Part shown: piece by piece, positions 10,222 through 19,375 of the stretch | Layout of the letters: each line of letters begins with the position of its first letter | How positions within the stretch are numbered: position 1 is the stretch's first letter | NCBI GenBank assembly: GCA_027053075.1 | Contig: JALUEE010000071.1 | Coordinates: forward strand, 1-37,076 | Origin: a candidate division WOR-3 bacterium | GTDB taxonomy: Bacteria; Hydrothermota; Hydrothermia; B15-G9; WFZT01 | Reading direction: 5' to 3' | DNA length: 37,076 nt | Notes under the pieces: generated by a model | Seen by the model: the letters and a program-made list of their open reading frames with translations, nothing else | Databases searched by the model: none | What the model was told of the DNA's origin: nothing | Made by a program: the position numbers and the translations under genes

Positions 10222-10693
10222 TTCTTCCTCCTAAAAGGTCTGAAATTTTTAACCCTTTTTCTTTGATCAATTGCCTGATTCTTTCCTCCTCCTGTGCCCA
10301 TGTATCGGCATCCCAGATTTCAACCATATCGGGCAGTTTGATGAAAATTACGTCCTTTTTTAATCCGGCATATTCGATGAAATTGCCGGAGAGAAGAATT
10401 CTTCCCATCTCGTCTATGTCCTGGTAATCAATATCTCCAATAATGAGTCTTAAAAAGTCCATTTTTAATTCATCAAATTTCTCAATTGATGCACTAAAAC
10501 GTGCCTCCTTCTCTTTCCATTTGTCCTCCCTGAAAATGGTGAGGCATTTTTTGTCATTGAATCCTCTTAAGATAACGACTGAACCGCCTTTTTCAACCCC
10601 CAGGTGCTTTCTAATTGAGCGGGGCAAGGAAACCCTTCCCCTTGAGTCGAGGCGGGCTTTAGAATTATGTCTACCGTTTTGTACTCTGGCCAT
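10187..10693 (-). CDS. mraZ: Division/cell wall cluster transcriptional regulator MraZ
   Basis: Two DxxGR motifs (LDSRGRV, IDEMGRI) and VEIWD; first gene of the dcw cluster. Confidence 0.9.
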   Translation of the reverse strand: MARVQNGRHNSKARLDSRGRVSLPRSIRKHLGVEKGGSVVILRGFNDKKCLTIFREDKWKEKEARFSASIEKFDELKMDFLRLIIGDIDYQDIDEMGRILLSGNFIEYAGLKKDVIFIKLPDMVEIWDADTWAQEEERIRQLIKEKGLKISDLLGGRNGESNTQAGNG

Positions 10694-10754
10694 TTTTTAC
10701 CTTTTGGCCGCTTCGATTTGCGGCTCGGTCAGTTTATGACAATTTTTAACATCT

Positions 10755-10800
10755 TTTTCCATTTAATGGGAAATTATGGGAAAAATTCCTCGAGACGCAA
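10755..10800 (-). promoter_or_regulatory. Candidate dcw promoter overlapped by MraZ-box-like repeats
   Basis: Minus-strand TTGCGT (10800-10795), a 16-nt spacer, then CATAAT (10778-10773). TGGGA repeats with a 10-bp period at 10767 and 10777 on the + strand, plus an inverted ATGGAA copy at 10757-10762. Confidence 0.45.
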
Positions 10801-10881
10801 CACTTAAAAATGTGGAAAACTTACGAATCCCTTGAAAATACTGAAAAAACTCATTATGAATTTCCCTCTGGAGAAAATAGG

Positions 10882-11529
10882 ATGAATGTGTGGATGAGCA
10901 TGTTCGAGACACTTTTTGATGCATTTGGCCCCCAGCACTGGTGGCCCGGTGAGACCCCTCTCGAGGTCGCTATTGGGGCCATTCTGACCCAGAATACTAA
11001 CTGGAGGAACGTAGAGAGAGCTATTCAGAACCTGAAAGAACGAGACCTGATTGATGTTGATAAACTTTTAAAACTCAGTGAAGATGAGCTTAAGGAACTT
11101 ATAAGGCCCTCGGGATTTTTCAACGTCAAGGCCAGAAGACTTAGAAACTTCCTTGAATTTTTAAAAGAGCACGGTGGACTTGAGGGCTTGAAAAAATTTG
11201 ACACCCATGAAGTTCGCCAGATACTTTTAAATGTCCCCGGAATAGGCTTTGAGACCGCTGATTCTATCATTCTCTATGCGCTTGAAAAGCCAATTTTTGT
11301 GGTGGATGCCTATACGAGAAGATACCTCAAAAGGCACGGATTCATCGAGGGTACAGAGCCCTACGATGAAATCAGGAAACTATTCGAGGATAATCTACCG
11401 AAGGACGTTGAACTTTACAAGGAGTATCATGCATTGATTGTTAAATTGGGGAAGGTTTATTGTAAGAGTAAACCCGTGTGTGAAAACTGCCCTTTAAATA
11501 AAAAGGAATTCTGGAGGAATGAAAAATGA
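10882..11529 (+). CDS. HhH-GPD superfamily endonuclease III-like protein (MJ1434/COG2231-like)
   Basis: WWPGET, GAILTQNTNW, IRPSGFF, HhH motif LLNVPGIGFETADSI, VVDAY and a C-terminal Cys cluster. Start set at ATG 10882 after GGAG; the ORF is open from 10810. Confidence 0.88.
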   Translation: MNVWMSMFETLFDAFGPQHWWPGETPLEVAIGAILTQNTNWRNVERAIQNLKERDLIDVDKLLKLSEDELKELIRPSGFFNVKARRLRNFLEFLKEHGGLEGLKKFDTHEVRQILLNVPGIGFETADSIILYALEKPIFVVDAYTRRYLKRHGFIEGTEPYDEIRKLFEDNLPKDVELYKEYHALIVKLGKVYCKSKPVCENCPLNKKEFWRNEK

Positions 11530-12758
11530 AAGCTGTGGTGATTTCTGTAGGGGATGAACTTTTGAGCGGGCGGACTCTAAATACCAATTTGAGAACCATA
11601 GCCGAGTTTCTCGCAAGATTTGGCATTCCTGTTGTCAGAAATTGCACCGTGAGGGACGATGTTGAGGAGATAATCAAGATTATGCGCGAGACCCTGGAAA
11701 GTGCTGATATTGTTATTGTTTCTGGTGGATTAGGAATTACAGTTGATGATGTGACCCGCGAGGCCATTGCAAGGGCGATGGGTGTGGAGCTCGTTTTTGA
11801 CGAGGATTTTTATAATGAAGTTGAGAAGAGAATGCTGGAGAGGGGAGTAAAGGTTACAGAAGAGCACAAAAAGTATGGCCTCGTCCCGGCTGGTTTTGAA
11901 CTTATAAAAAACGATTATGGTCTTGCTCCCGGTTATTTTTACGAAAAAGATGGCAAAATCCTTCTTGTCCTGCCTGGGCCGCCTCATGAGCTAAGGAATG
12001 TCCTTGAAAACGCAGCGGAGAAGTTTGAGGGCTTAACAAAGAAAAAAGTCCTTGTAAAGACCGTCAAAACCTTCGGCTTGAAGGAAAGCGATATTGTTGA
12101 AAGAATTAAGGATGTCATTGAAGAGCTTAAGCCCATTGGTTCATATCCAATAATTCCGGGAATGGTAGATCTGAGGCTCACGCTTGTGGGTGAGGATGAG
12201 GAAAAGCTCGAAAAGGAAATGGAGAAAAAACTTGATATCCTCCGGGAGAGACTTGGGGATGCCATCTATGGCTACGACGATGATACACTTCCGGGAGTTA
12301 TAGGCAAAATTTTGCGTTCAAGAGGAATGACTATAGCAACGGCTGAGTCATGCACAGGTGGACTTGTGGCAAACTACATAACCGATGTGTCAGGTAGTTC
12401 AGATTACTTTAAGGGAGGTGTTGTCTCATACTGGAATGAGGTGAAGAGTGGAGTTCTTGGAGTGAGTGACGTGATCTTAGAGCACTTCGGAGCGGTTTCA
12501 GAGCCCACTGCTGTGATGATGGCTGAAGGGGTTAGAAAGTTGCTCGGCACTGATGTTGGGATTTCCACCACGGGAATTGCAGGGCCCACAGGCGGGACCC
12601 CTGAGAAGCCCGTTGGACTTGTTTACATGGGTGTGTCAATTCGCGGCAAAACCTTTGTCTTGAGGAAGATTTTCAAAGGGGATCGTCTTATGGTAAAGAA
12701 ACAGGCTGCCTTAAATCTTCTCGATTTCTTGAGGAGAAAACTTGGAGAGGTACAGTGA
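11526..12758 (+). CDS. cinA: CinA (MocF-like domain plus NMN deamidase PncC domain)
   Basis: GDELLSG, GGLGxTxDDxT, LPGPPHE, AESCTGG, SGSSDYF, GAVS, TGIAGPTGG and KPVGLV motifs. Confidence 0.95.
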   Translation: MKAVVISVGDELLSGRTLNTNLRTIAEFLARFGIPVVRNCTVRDDVEEIIKIMRETLESADIVIVSGGLGITVDDVTREAIARAMGVELVFDEDFYNEVEKRMLERGVKVTEEHKKYGLVPAGFELIKNDYGLAPGYFYEKDGKILLVLPGPPHELRNVLENAAEKFEGLTKKKVLVKTVKTFGLKESDIVERIKDVIEELKPIGSYPIIPGMVDLRLTLVGEDEEKLEKEMEKKLDILRERLGDAIYGYDDDTLPGVIGKILRSRGMTIATAESCTGGLVANYITDVSGSSDYFKGGVVSYWNEVKSGVLGVSDVILEHFGAVSEPTAVMMAEGVRKLLGTDVGISTTGIAGPTGGTPEKPVGLVYMGVSIRGKTFVLRKIFKGDRLMVKKQAALNLLDFLRRKLGEVQ

Positions 12759-14440
12759 AACTCATAGATGTTGCAGCAGGGCGTGAGGTCGCAGACCTGA
12801 TTATTAAAGATGTAAATTTAATTGATGTCAGGTCAGGAGAGGTTCGCAGGACAGATATTGTTATTTACGGAGATAGGATAGCTGCTGTGGGGCAGGGCTA
12901 CAGCGGAAAATCCGTTATTGATGGGGCAGGTCTATACGCTGCACCGGGATTTATTGAAGGTCACATTCATATTGAAAGCTCCATGATGACACCGGCCTAC
13001 TTCGCTCATGCAGTAGCCAGACACGGCACTACCACAGTTATTGCTGATCCCCACGAGATTGCCAATGTGCTCGGAATTGAGGGAGTGAGATTCATGATTG
13101 AGGATTCGAAAAATCTGCCTGTGGATATATTTTTTACCGCTCCATCGTGTGTTCCCGCCACCAATCTCGAAACCTCTGGGGCAGCGATTGGTCGCGAGGA
13201 ATTGCTGAGACTGAAAGATATGGAGAGGGTCATAGGCCTTGGAGAAATGATGAACTACCCCGGGGTGTATTTGAACCTGCCGGATGTCATTGAAAAACTT
13301 GGAATTTTTGAAATTCAGGATGGCCATGCTCCGATGCTCACAGGGAAAAACCTCAATGCCTACGTTGCAGCAGGAATTTATTCTGACCATGAGTGCACTT
13401 CGTTGGATGAGGCGAGAGAAAAGCTGGAACTTGGGATGCACATAATGATTCGTGAAGGGACATCCGAGAGAAACTTGGATGAGCTTTTGCCACTTGTAAA
13501 TAACAATAACTGGCCATTTTTCTCCTTTGTATCTGATGACCGTCATCCATCAACGATTGAGGAAGAGGGACATCTGGATGGTATTATTCGAAAGGCAATG
13601 GATAGCGGACTTGACCTTGTAACAGCCATCAGACTTGCCACTATAAACACGGCCCGCTATTTCAGATTATTTGACCGGGGAGAGATTGTTCCCGGAAAGA
13701 AGGCTGATGTCGTTCTCCTTGATGAAGACCTGAGGGTTAAAATGGTCCTAAAAGACGGGAAAGTTGTCGTAAGGGATGGTATGGTTCTCTCTGAAACTCC
13801 CCTACCAGAGGCAAGAATATTGGGCTCCATAAATATTGAACCTGATATCGAAAGGCTTAAAGTCAGAGCGAGGGGAAATAAAATCAGGGTTATCAAGATT
13901 ATTGAAGGGAACTTAACAACAGACGAAGAGATCCATCCTGCGAAGATTATGGAAAATTTAGCCGTTTCTGACCCTGAAAATGACGTATTAAAGCTCACTG
14001 TGTGGGAGAGACACAGAGGCACGGGCAATGTGGGCATCGGCTTTGTTCGCGGATTTGGCATGAAGTCAGGGGCACTTGCTTCAACGGTTGCCCATGACTC
14101 CCATAACGTCATTGCAGTAGGAGTGAGTGACGAGGATATATTTTTTGCTGTGAAGAGGTTAAAAGAGCTTGGAGGAGGGCTTATCGTTGTCGAAAACCAG
14201 CGTGAGCTTGCCAGTCTACCACTCCCAATTGCGGGTTTAATGACCGATACACCGGTTGATAAACTCGCGGACTTGGAAAAAGAGCTGAACAAATCTTACA
14301 GAAGATTGGGGGGCACACTTAAAAATCCCTTCATGCAGCTAAGTTTTCTCGCGCTCCCCGTTATTCCCAAACTGAAACTCACAGACTATGGCCAGATCAA
14401 GGATTTTCAAATTGTGGACCTATTTGTTGACTCTTTTTGA
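12755..14440 (+). CDS. ade: Adenine deaminase
   Basis: PGFIEGHIHIESS, DPHEIANV, EMMNYPG, DGHAP, DHEC, SDDRH and AHDSHN motifs. The GTG start overlaps the cinA stop. Confidence 0.95.
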   Translation: MKLIDVAAGREVADLIIKDVNLIDVRSGEVRRTDIVIYGDRIAAVGQGYSGKSVIDGAGLYAAPGFIEGHIHIESSMMTPAYFAHAVARHGTTTVIADPHEIANVLGIEGVRFMIEDSKNLPVDIFFTAPSCVPATNLETSGAAIGREELLRLKDMERVIGLGEMMNYPGVYLNLPDVIEKLGIFEIQDGHAPMLTGKNLNAYVAAGIYSDHECTSLDEAREKLELGMHIMIREGTSERNLDELLPLVNNNNWPFFSFVSDDRHPSTIEEEGHLDGIIRKAMDSGLDLVTAIRLATINTARYFRLFDRGEIVPGKKADVVLLDEDLRVKMVLKDGKVVVRDGMVLSETPLPEARILGSINIEPDIERLKVRARGNKIRVIKIIEGNLTTDEEIHPAKIMENLAVSDPENDVLKLTVWERHRGTGNVGIGFVRGFGMKSGALASTVAHDSHNVIAVGVSDEDIFFAVKRLKELGGGLIVVENQRELASLPLPIAGLMTDTPVDKLADLEKELNKSYRRLGGTLKNPFMQLSFLALPVIPKLKLTDYGQIKDFQIVDLFVDSF

Positions 14441-14518
14441 AAACTCATTGTGCAAATGTCATGTGCCCGGAATATCCATTTACTCTGGGTGAAATAATGC
14501 AGCTTCAGCCGTGATTTC

Positions 14519-14549
14519 TTGATTTCATTTTTTTGAAACATTATACATT
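14519..14549 (+). promoter_or_regulatory. Candidate sigma70-type promoter directly ahead of the amidase ATG
   Basis: TTGATT (14519-14524), 17 nt, then TATACA, with an overlapping alternative -10 TACATT. No SD before the ATG at 14555. Confidence 0.35.
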
Positions 14550-14554
14550 CACCC

Positions 14555-15910
14555 ATGAAAACGCTGGTTTTACAGATACTCATCTCTTTCTGGCTGATCA
14601 GTGTCCCATACGTGCATAATCCTGAGGGTGATTTTCTTCACTACAAGAACGTTGTAAAGGCCCTTCGTCTTCGTTACTCGAGAAAAGGGGCGGAAGTTTT
14701 AATTTCAGGTGGTAAAATAAGGATTTCAAGAAGCGGGAAAATTTACCTCCTTGGGAGATTTTCATTTCTCAAGCTCAATGGTGGTTATCTTGAAGCAAAC
14801 TCCTGGGCCTATTTGCTCTCGAGAGTTTCGAAGGTCTACAATTATTACTGGGATTACAAAAGGAAGGGTTTTATACAATCCCATTATCCGCCCAGTGTGA
14901 AGCTTACAAAGGCTCATAAATATAGGACAAAAGCCGTTTTTGTTTTTTCTCATAACAGGGATTTGAAACCCACTTATTCATTTAAAAGGGGGAAGCTGAA
15001 GTTGAGTTTTCCACGCGGGTTTTTGGTTGTCAATCCTGTTTCACTCAAAAATTCCCTATCCGGTGTAAGAATTATTCACACACTTTCGGGACTCACTATT
15101 ATTTTTGCACTTAAAAAGGGTGTGAAGTACAGTGTTAAAAGGGGAGATAGAAATCTAACGCTGGTGTTGAATATGCCATATAGGTCCACTCCGCGAAAAA
15201 AGTTTAGACTGGGGGAACTGATAGTGGTTGATCCAGGGCATGGCGGAAAAGACCCCGGTGCTATCGGGTATCGTGGGATAAGAGAGAAGGACATAACTCT
15301 TGCCATAGCGAGAGAGGTGAGAAGAATTGCAGAGAAAAGACTTGGTGTAAGGGTGGTTTTAACGAGGGACAGGGACGTGTTTATCCCTCTGTGGGAGCGC
15401 TCAAAGATAGCCAACAGGCTGGGGGCAACCATGTTTATTTCGATACATTGTAATTTCTCAAGAAATCGATACGCTCACGGCCTCGAGACTTACTTCCTTT
15501 CAAATGCCCGCACGAGGTGGGAGAGGGCAGTGGCCGCCCTTGAGAATGCGTCTGTTAAGTACGAGATAAACTACAGGAAGCAATACGGTATGGTCAGGAA
15601 AATCCTCGGAGATATGGCTCAAAACAAGTACTTAAAAGAGTCTCAGGTGCTTGCCGAATACATTCAGGAGTCTGTTGTAAAGAAAACGGGGACTCTGAAT
15701 AGGGGCATCAAGCAAGCTGGATTCTACGTTCTACTTTTCACTCATACACCATCTGTCCTTGTCGAAACAGGTTTTATCTCTAACCCAAAAGAGGCAAAAA
15801 GACTGAAAAGTCGTTGGTACATAAGAAGAATTGCAGAGGGAATTGTTAATGGCATTGCTTTATACTTAAACAAGTATGCAGAGAAGAGTTATTTCAGTGG
15901 AAGGGGATAA
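14555..15910 (+). CDS. N-acetylmuramoyl-L-alanine amidase (Amidase_3, AmiC-like), exported
   Basis: Signal-peptide-like N-terminus; DPGHGGKDPGA, REKDITL, LTRDRD, FISIHCN and SVLVETGFISN motifs. Confidence 0.92.
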   Translation: MKTLVLQILISFWLISVPYVHNPEGDFLHYKNVVKALRLRYSRKGAEVLISGGKIRISRSGKIYLLGRFSFLKLNGGYLEANSWAYLLSRVSKVYNYYWDYKRKGFIQSHYPPSVKLTKAHKYRTKAVFVFSHNRDLKPTYSFKRGKLKLSFPRGFLVVNPVSLKNSLSGVRIIHTLSGLTIIFALKKGVKYSVKRGDRNLTLVLNMPYRSTPRKKFRLGELIVVDPGHGGKDPGAIGYRGIREKDITLAIAREVRRIAEKRLGVRVVLTRDRDVFIPLWERSKIANRLGATMFISIHCNFSRNRYAHGLETYFLSNARTRWERAVAALENASVKYEINYRKQYGMVRKILGDMAQNKYLKESQVLAEYIQESVVKKTGTLNRGIKQAGFYVLLFTHTPSVLVETGFISNPKEAKRLKSRWYIRRIAEGIVNGIALYLNKYAEKSYFSGRG

Positions 15911-18900
15911 TGCAGGAAATTCCGGGATACAAAACCGTTGAAAAAATAGGAGAAGGTCTTAGCGGAGAAGTCTATCTTGCTGAAAAAGATGGGCGTCACT
16001 TCGCTGTTAAAGTCCTAAAAAATGGTTTCCTCTATGAATTGATATCAGAGTACTTCATTCTACAAAGCATAAAGCATCCCAATATTGTCAGGGTTATAAA
16101 CGTCAATGCAGAGGCGGAAAATCCATATGTAGTCTTTGAATATGCGGAAAAAGGAAACTTAATGGACAGAGATTTTTCGAGTGATGTCATGTTCTTCCTG
16201 AAAAAATTCACGTCCGACATCCTGCCTGCTGTGGAAGTGCTCCACTCGCGTGGTATAATTCATGGTGATATTAAACCTTCGAATATCCTTGTGTTTGCTG
16301 ATTACACTTTGAAATTATCTGACCTCGGTGGTTCTGTCCGCTATCTTAAGACCGTTAGTTTTCCTGATTCGACAACACTCACTCTGGAGTACACCTCACC
16401 GGAGGTATTAAGAGGCGAACGGTTGAGTCCACAGTCTGATATTTATTCACTTGGTGTTTTACTTTTTGAGATGCTCACAGGAGAACTTCCTTTTCAAGGC
16501 ACACCCGATGAGGTTATAAACGGACATCTTGTGGGGTCTGTACCTTCTCCCCGAGAGCTCAACCCTGAAATACCGATGAGTGTTGCCAACCTGATCCTTA
16601 AAATGCTCGAAAAATCGCCTCTACAGAGACCTGGAAGTGTGAAAGAAATAATGGAAATTTTGAAGAAAATTGTAGCAAGTCCAGAAACTTCTATTTCCTA
16701 CATATCTTCAAAAGAGATTATTGGCAGAGACAAGGAACTCAGAATAGTGGAAAATCTGTTTAAGAGGATCTTACTGGGTGGTAAAACCGGGAAAAATGTG
16801 ATTATCTTTAGCGGTCCAGAAGGAATTGGAAAGTCTTTTCTTGCTGAAGAAATAGTAAATAGGGCCCATCTATCAGGTATTTTCCCGATAAAACTTGATT
16901 TTAAATCGCACGGTTATGCAGAGACCTTGCGAAAAGCACAGGAGTTCCTAGAAAAATTCTTGAACAGAAAGCTGACCCTTTTTGATGTAAACATAACAAG
17001 GGGGCAGATTATCCAGAATCTGTACGAAGCGATAAAACTTGTTACTACCAGATTCCCCGTGCTCGTTGTAATAGACGAACTGCCTTTAGAAGATAGAGTT
17101 GTCTGGGGGATTGCCTCAGAACTTGCAAGAAAAATCAGAAGGGATAGAGCCGGCATCGTGATATTTTCAAAAGATGGAGCGCCTCAGAGTGTTAGAGAAT
17201 TCGGAAGACTCTATCAGCTTCAGCCCCTCAGCCTGCCTCAGACCCGCTTTTTCCTGAGGTCAGAGTTCCCCGAGTTGCAAGAGACCCTGGTACCAACTAT
17301 CTATGAGTTTACACGTGGAAATCCCAAAAGTATTATTCAAATTGCTCGTTGTCTCATAAATCATGAAGAAAAGAACTGCTTTGTGGCAGAGAAAACTCAG
17401 GGTATAAAAAAGCTGAGAGAGCTTTTAAATGATGAAGAATGGAACATATTAAGGCACATCGCTGTTACCGCCAATCCTGTGGATGTATCCTTTCTTGCGA
17501 ACAGGTTTGAGATAAAAAAGCTTACGGATGTCTTAAATAAGTTGCTCGAAAATGGTGTTGTAGAGAAACATGACAACTATATTTTTGACGAGAACCTCAG
17601 GAATGTGATTTTAAGTGAACCTGAGACCAAAAAGATTGCCAGAGATATTGCAAGACAGTATTCAATATCAGGTTTTCATCATAAAGCCTCGAAGATCCTT
17701 TACAACGTTGGTTTTTACAATCTTTCCTTCAAAGAGATTGAGCCTCTTTTGAGGAGGGCTTTCAGGAAGAGGAATTTTATAAAACTTTATGACATCCTGA
17801 GGTATTATGAAGGGGTTAAGCTGAGTCGGGAACAGAAAAGAAACTTTATTGTGTTATACGCATATACCCTGATAAATCTTGGAATGCATAAACAGGTACT
17901 AAAACTCATTGAGGATAACTATCAGTTTATAAATAAAGCCAGAGCAGATTTTCTAAGAAGTTACGCTTTACGGGAACTCGACTATCCTCCCCAAAAATTA
18001 CTTGAGCTGGTCGAGCAGAATGTTCTTGGTAAAATTAAAGGATTTTTGAAAGACGAAGCCGAGGCTTTTTATATTGACTTGCTATCCAACACCAATATAG
18101 ACGAAGTTAGCTTCATGGAATTAACAGGAAGGTTTTTAAAGAAAACGAGGAAACCTGACCTGAAGGTTAAAATACTGCGTATAACGGGTAATTTTAATTT
18201 CCGCCGTGACAAATTAAGGGAAGCTCTAAGGTATTATAAAGAGGGATTGAAGCTCGCCAAGAAGTTCGATATACACTGGGAAATCCCCAACCTGCTGATG
18301 AATTTCTCGGTTACATCAATGAAAATTCGTGAAATCTCTTTTGAGGAGCATCTGGAGAATCTAAAGAATGTTGTAAGATTCGCAGAAAAACAGGCTAACT
18401 ATCCGGTTCTTGAAGCCGCCTATATTAATCTATTTCTGTACTACCTTTCCTTTAAAAAGTTTGATGAGGCAAAGACAATTTTAGAGAAGCTAAAACTTCT
18501 CGGAGAAACCACTGAGAATTCAACTATATTAGCAGAGTACTATGACAACATGGCATATCTATATTTTGAATCCGACGAATGGGAAAGTGCAGATGAATAT
18601 TTCAATAGGGCCTATTCTTTTTACAGGCAATATGGGGTGCCTCCCCTTACTTTTTACGATAAATATTCTCGCTTTCTTGTGCATAGAGGAGAGTTCAGAA
18701 AGGCCCTGAGAATAATAAGAGAAGCCATCAGTGAATGGAAAAATTACACAAATATCAGTATCTCATCATCTCTCTACAGAAGTCTCCTTGTGGTATTAAG
18801 TGTAGTAACAGAGCGGGATTATTTCTCCAAGTTTCTTAAATTTCTACCTCGGGACGTAGTACAACAGCCTTCTGTGGCTTACTTCATAAATTTTCACAGA

Positions 18901-19371
18901 AGAGATTTTGAATCTGCGCTGAGGGATGTTGATGAGCTGATTAAGGGCTTGACGAGATATGGAAAAGAATTTGGGAGATTGGTTTACATTGAAAAAGCTG
19001 AAGCCCTTTACAATCTTGGGCGTGTGGATGAAGCTGAAGAATTTATAAAAGAGTATATCGAGGCCCAGCCTGAAAATTCTTTCAGGCTGGGCCTCGCATA
19101 TGTCATTATGACAAAAATAAATCTCAAAAAGAATCAATGGGATTCGGCACTGAGATACCTGGATAAGGCAGAAGAAATATTTAATCACCTTGGTGCAAAA
19201 TTCCAGCTTGCCAAGGTTCGCTGCTACAGGACCTATCTCGATGCCATCTTTCAGGAAACAGAGATTGATCCTGAAAAACTGAAAGAATGCCACAGGCTAC
19301 TTAATGAACTGGGGGCCATCAAAACTTTTCATGACATAGAGCTTGAAATTTTAAACGCGGTTGAAAAATAA
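15910..19371 (+). CDS. Ser/Thr protein kinase fused to a P-loop NTPase (AAA_16/STAND-like) and TPR-like repeats
   Basis: Kinase motifs GEGLSG, AVK, HGDIKPSN, SDLG, YTSPE and SDIYSLG; IIGRDKEL, Walker A GPEGIGKS, Walker B VVIDE and GNP; long helical C-terminus with TPR-like repeats (e.g. KAEALYNLGRVDEAEEF). Confidence 0.88.
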   Translation: MQEIPGYKTVEKIGEGLSGEVYLAEKDGRHFAVKVLKNGFLYELISEYFILQSIKHPNIVRVINVNAEAENPYVVFEYAEKGNLMDRDFSSDVMFFLKKFTSDILPAVEVLHSRGIIHGDIKPSNILVFADYTLKLSDLGGSVRYLKTVSFPDSTTLTLEYTSPEVLRGERLSPQSDIYSLGVLLFEMLTGELPFQGTPDEVINGHLVGSVPSPRELNPEIPMSVANLILKMLEKSPLQRPGSVKEIMEILKKIVASPETSISYISSKEIIGRDKELRIVENLFKRILLGGKTGKNVIIFSGPEGIGKSFLAEEIVNRAHLSGIFPIKLDFKSHGYAETLRKAQEFLEKFLNRKLTLFDVNITRGQIIQNLYEAIKLVTTRFPVLVVIDELPLEDRVVWGIASELARKIRRDRAGIVIFSKDGAPQSVREFGRLYQLQPLSLPQTRFFLRSEFPELQETLVPTIYEFTRGNPKSIIQIARCLINHEEKNCFVAEKTQGIKKLRELLNDEEWNILRHIAVTANPVDVSFLANRFEIKKLTDVLNKLLENGVVEKHDNYIFDENLRNVILSEPETKKIARDIARQYSISGFHHKASKILYNVGFYNLSFKEIEPLLRRAFRKRNFIKLYDILRYYEGVKLSREQKRNFIVLYAYTLINLGMHKQVLKLIEDNYQFINKARADFLRSYALRELDYPPQKLLELVEQNVLGKIKGFLKDEAEAFYIDLLSNTNIDEVSFMELTGRFLKKTRKPDLKVKILRITGNFNFRRDKLREALRYYKEGLKLAKKFDIHWEIPNLLMNFSVTSMKIREISFEEHLENLKNVVRFAEKQANYPVLEAAYINLFLYYLSFKKFDEAKTILEKLKLLGETTENSTILAEYYDNMAYLYFESDEWESADEYFNRAYSFYRQYGVPPLTFYDKYSRFLVHRGEFRKALRIIREAISEWKNYTNISISSSLYRSLLVVLSVVTERDYFSKFLKFLPRDVVQQPSVAYFINFHRRDFESALRDVDELIKGLTRYGKEFGRLVYIEKAEALYNLGRVDEAEEFIKEYIEAQPENSFRLGLAYVIMTKINLKKNQWDSALRYLDKAEEIFNHLGAKFQLAKVRCYRTYLDAIFQETEIDPEKLKECHRLLNELGAIKTFHDIELEILNAVEK

Positions 19372-19375
19372 TTAA

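Noticed and set aside
12932..14292. Long antisense ORFs (204 aa and 211 aa) opposite ade
   Set aside because: Shadows of a well-conserved gene, with no recognisable motifs.
14451..14470. sigma54 promoter-like GGCAC...TTGC on the minus strand between ade and the amidase
   Set aside because: GG and GC are 12 nt apart instead of the required 10, and the site points antisense into ade.
15910..19371. Assignment as a named Avs antiphage system
   Set aside because: The architecture is STAND-like, but the context is housekeeping and signalling with no defence-island genes, so a specific assignment cannot be supported.
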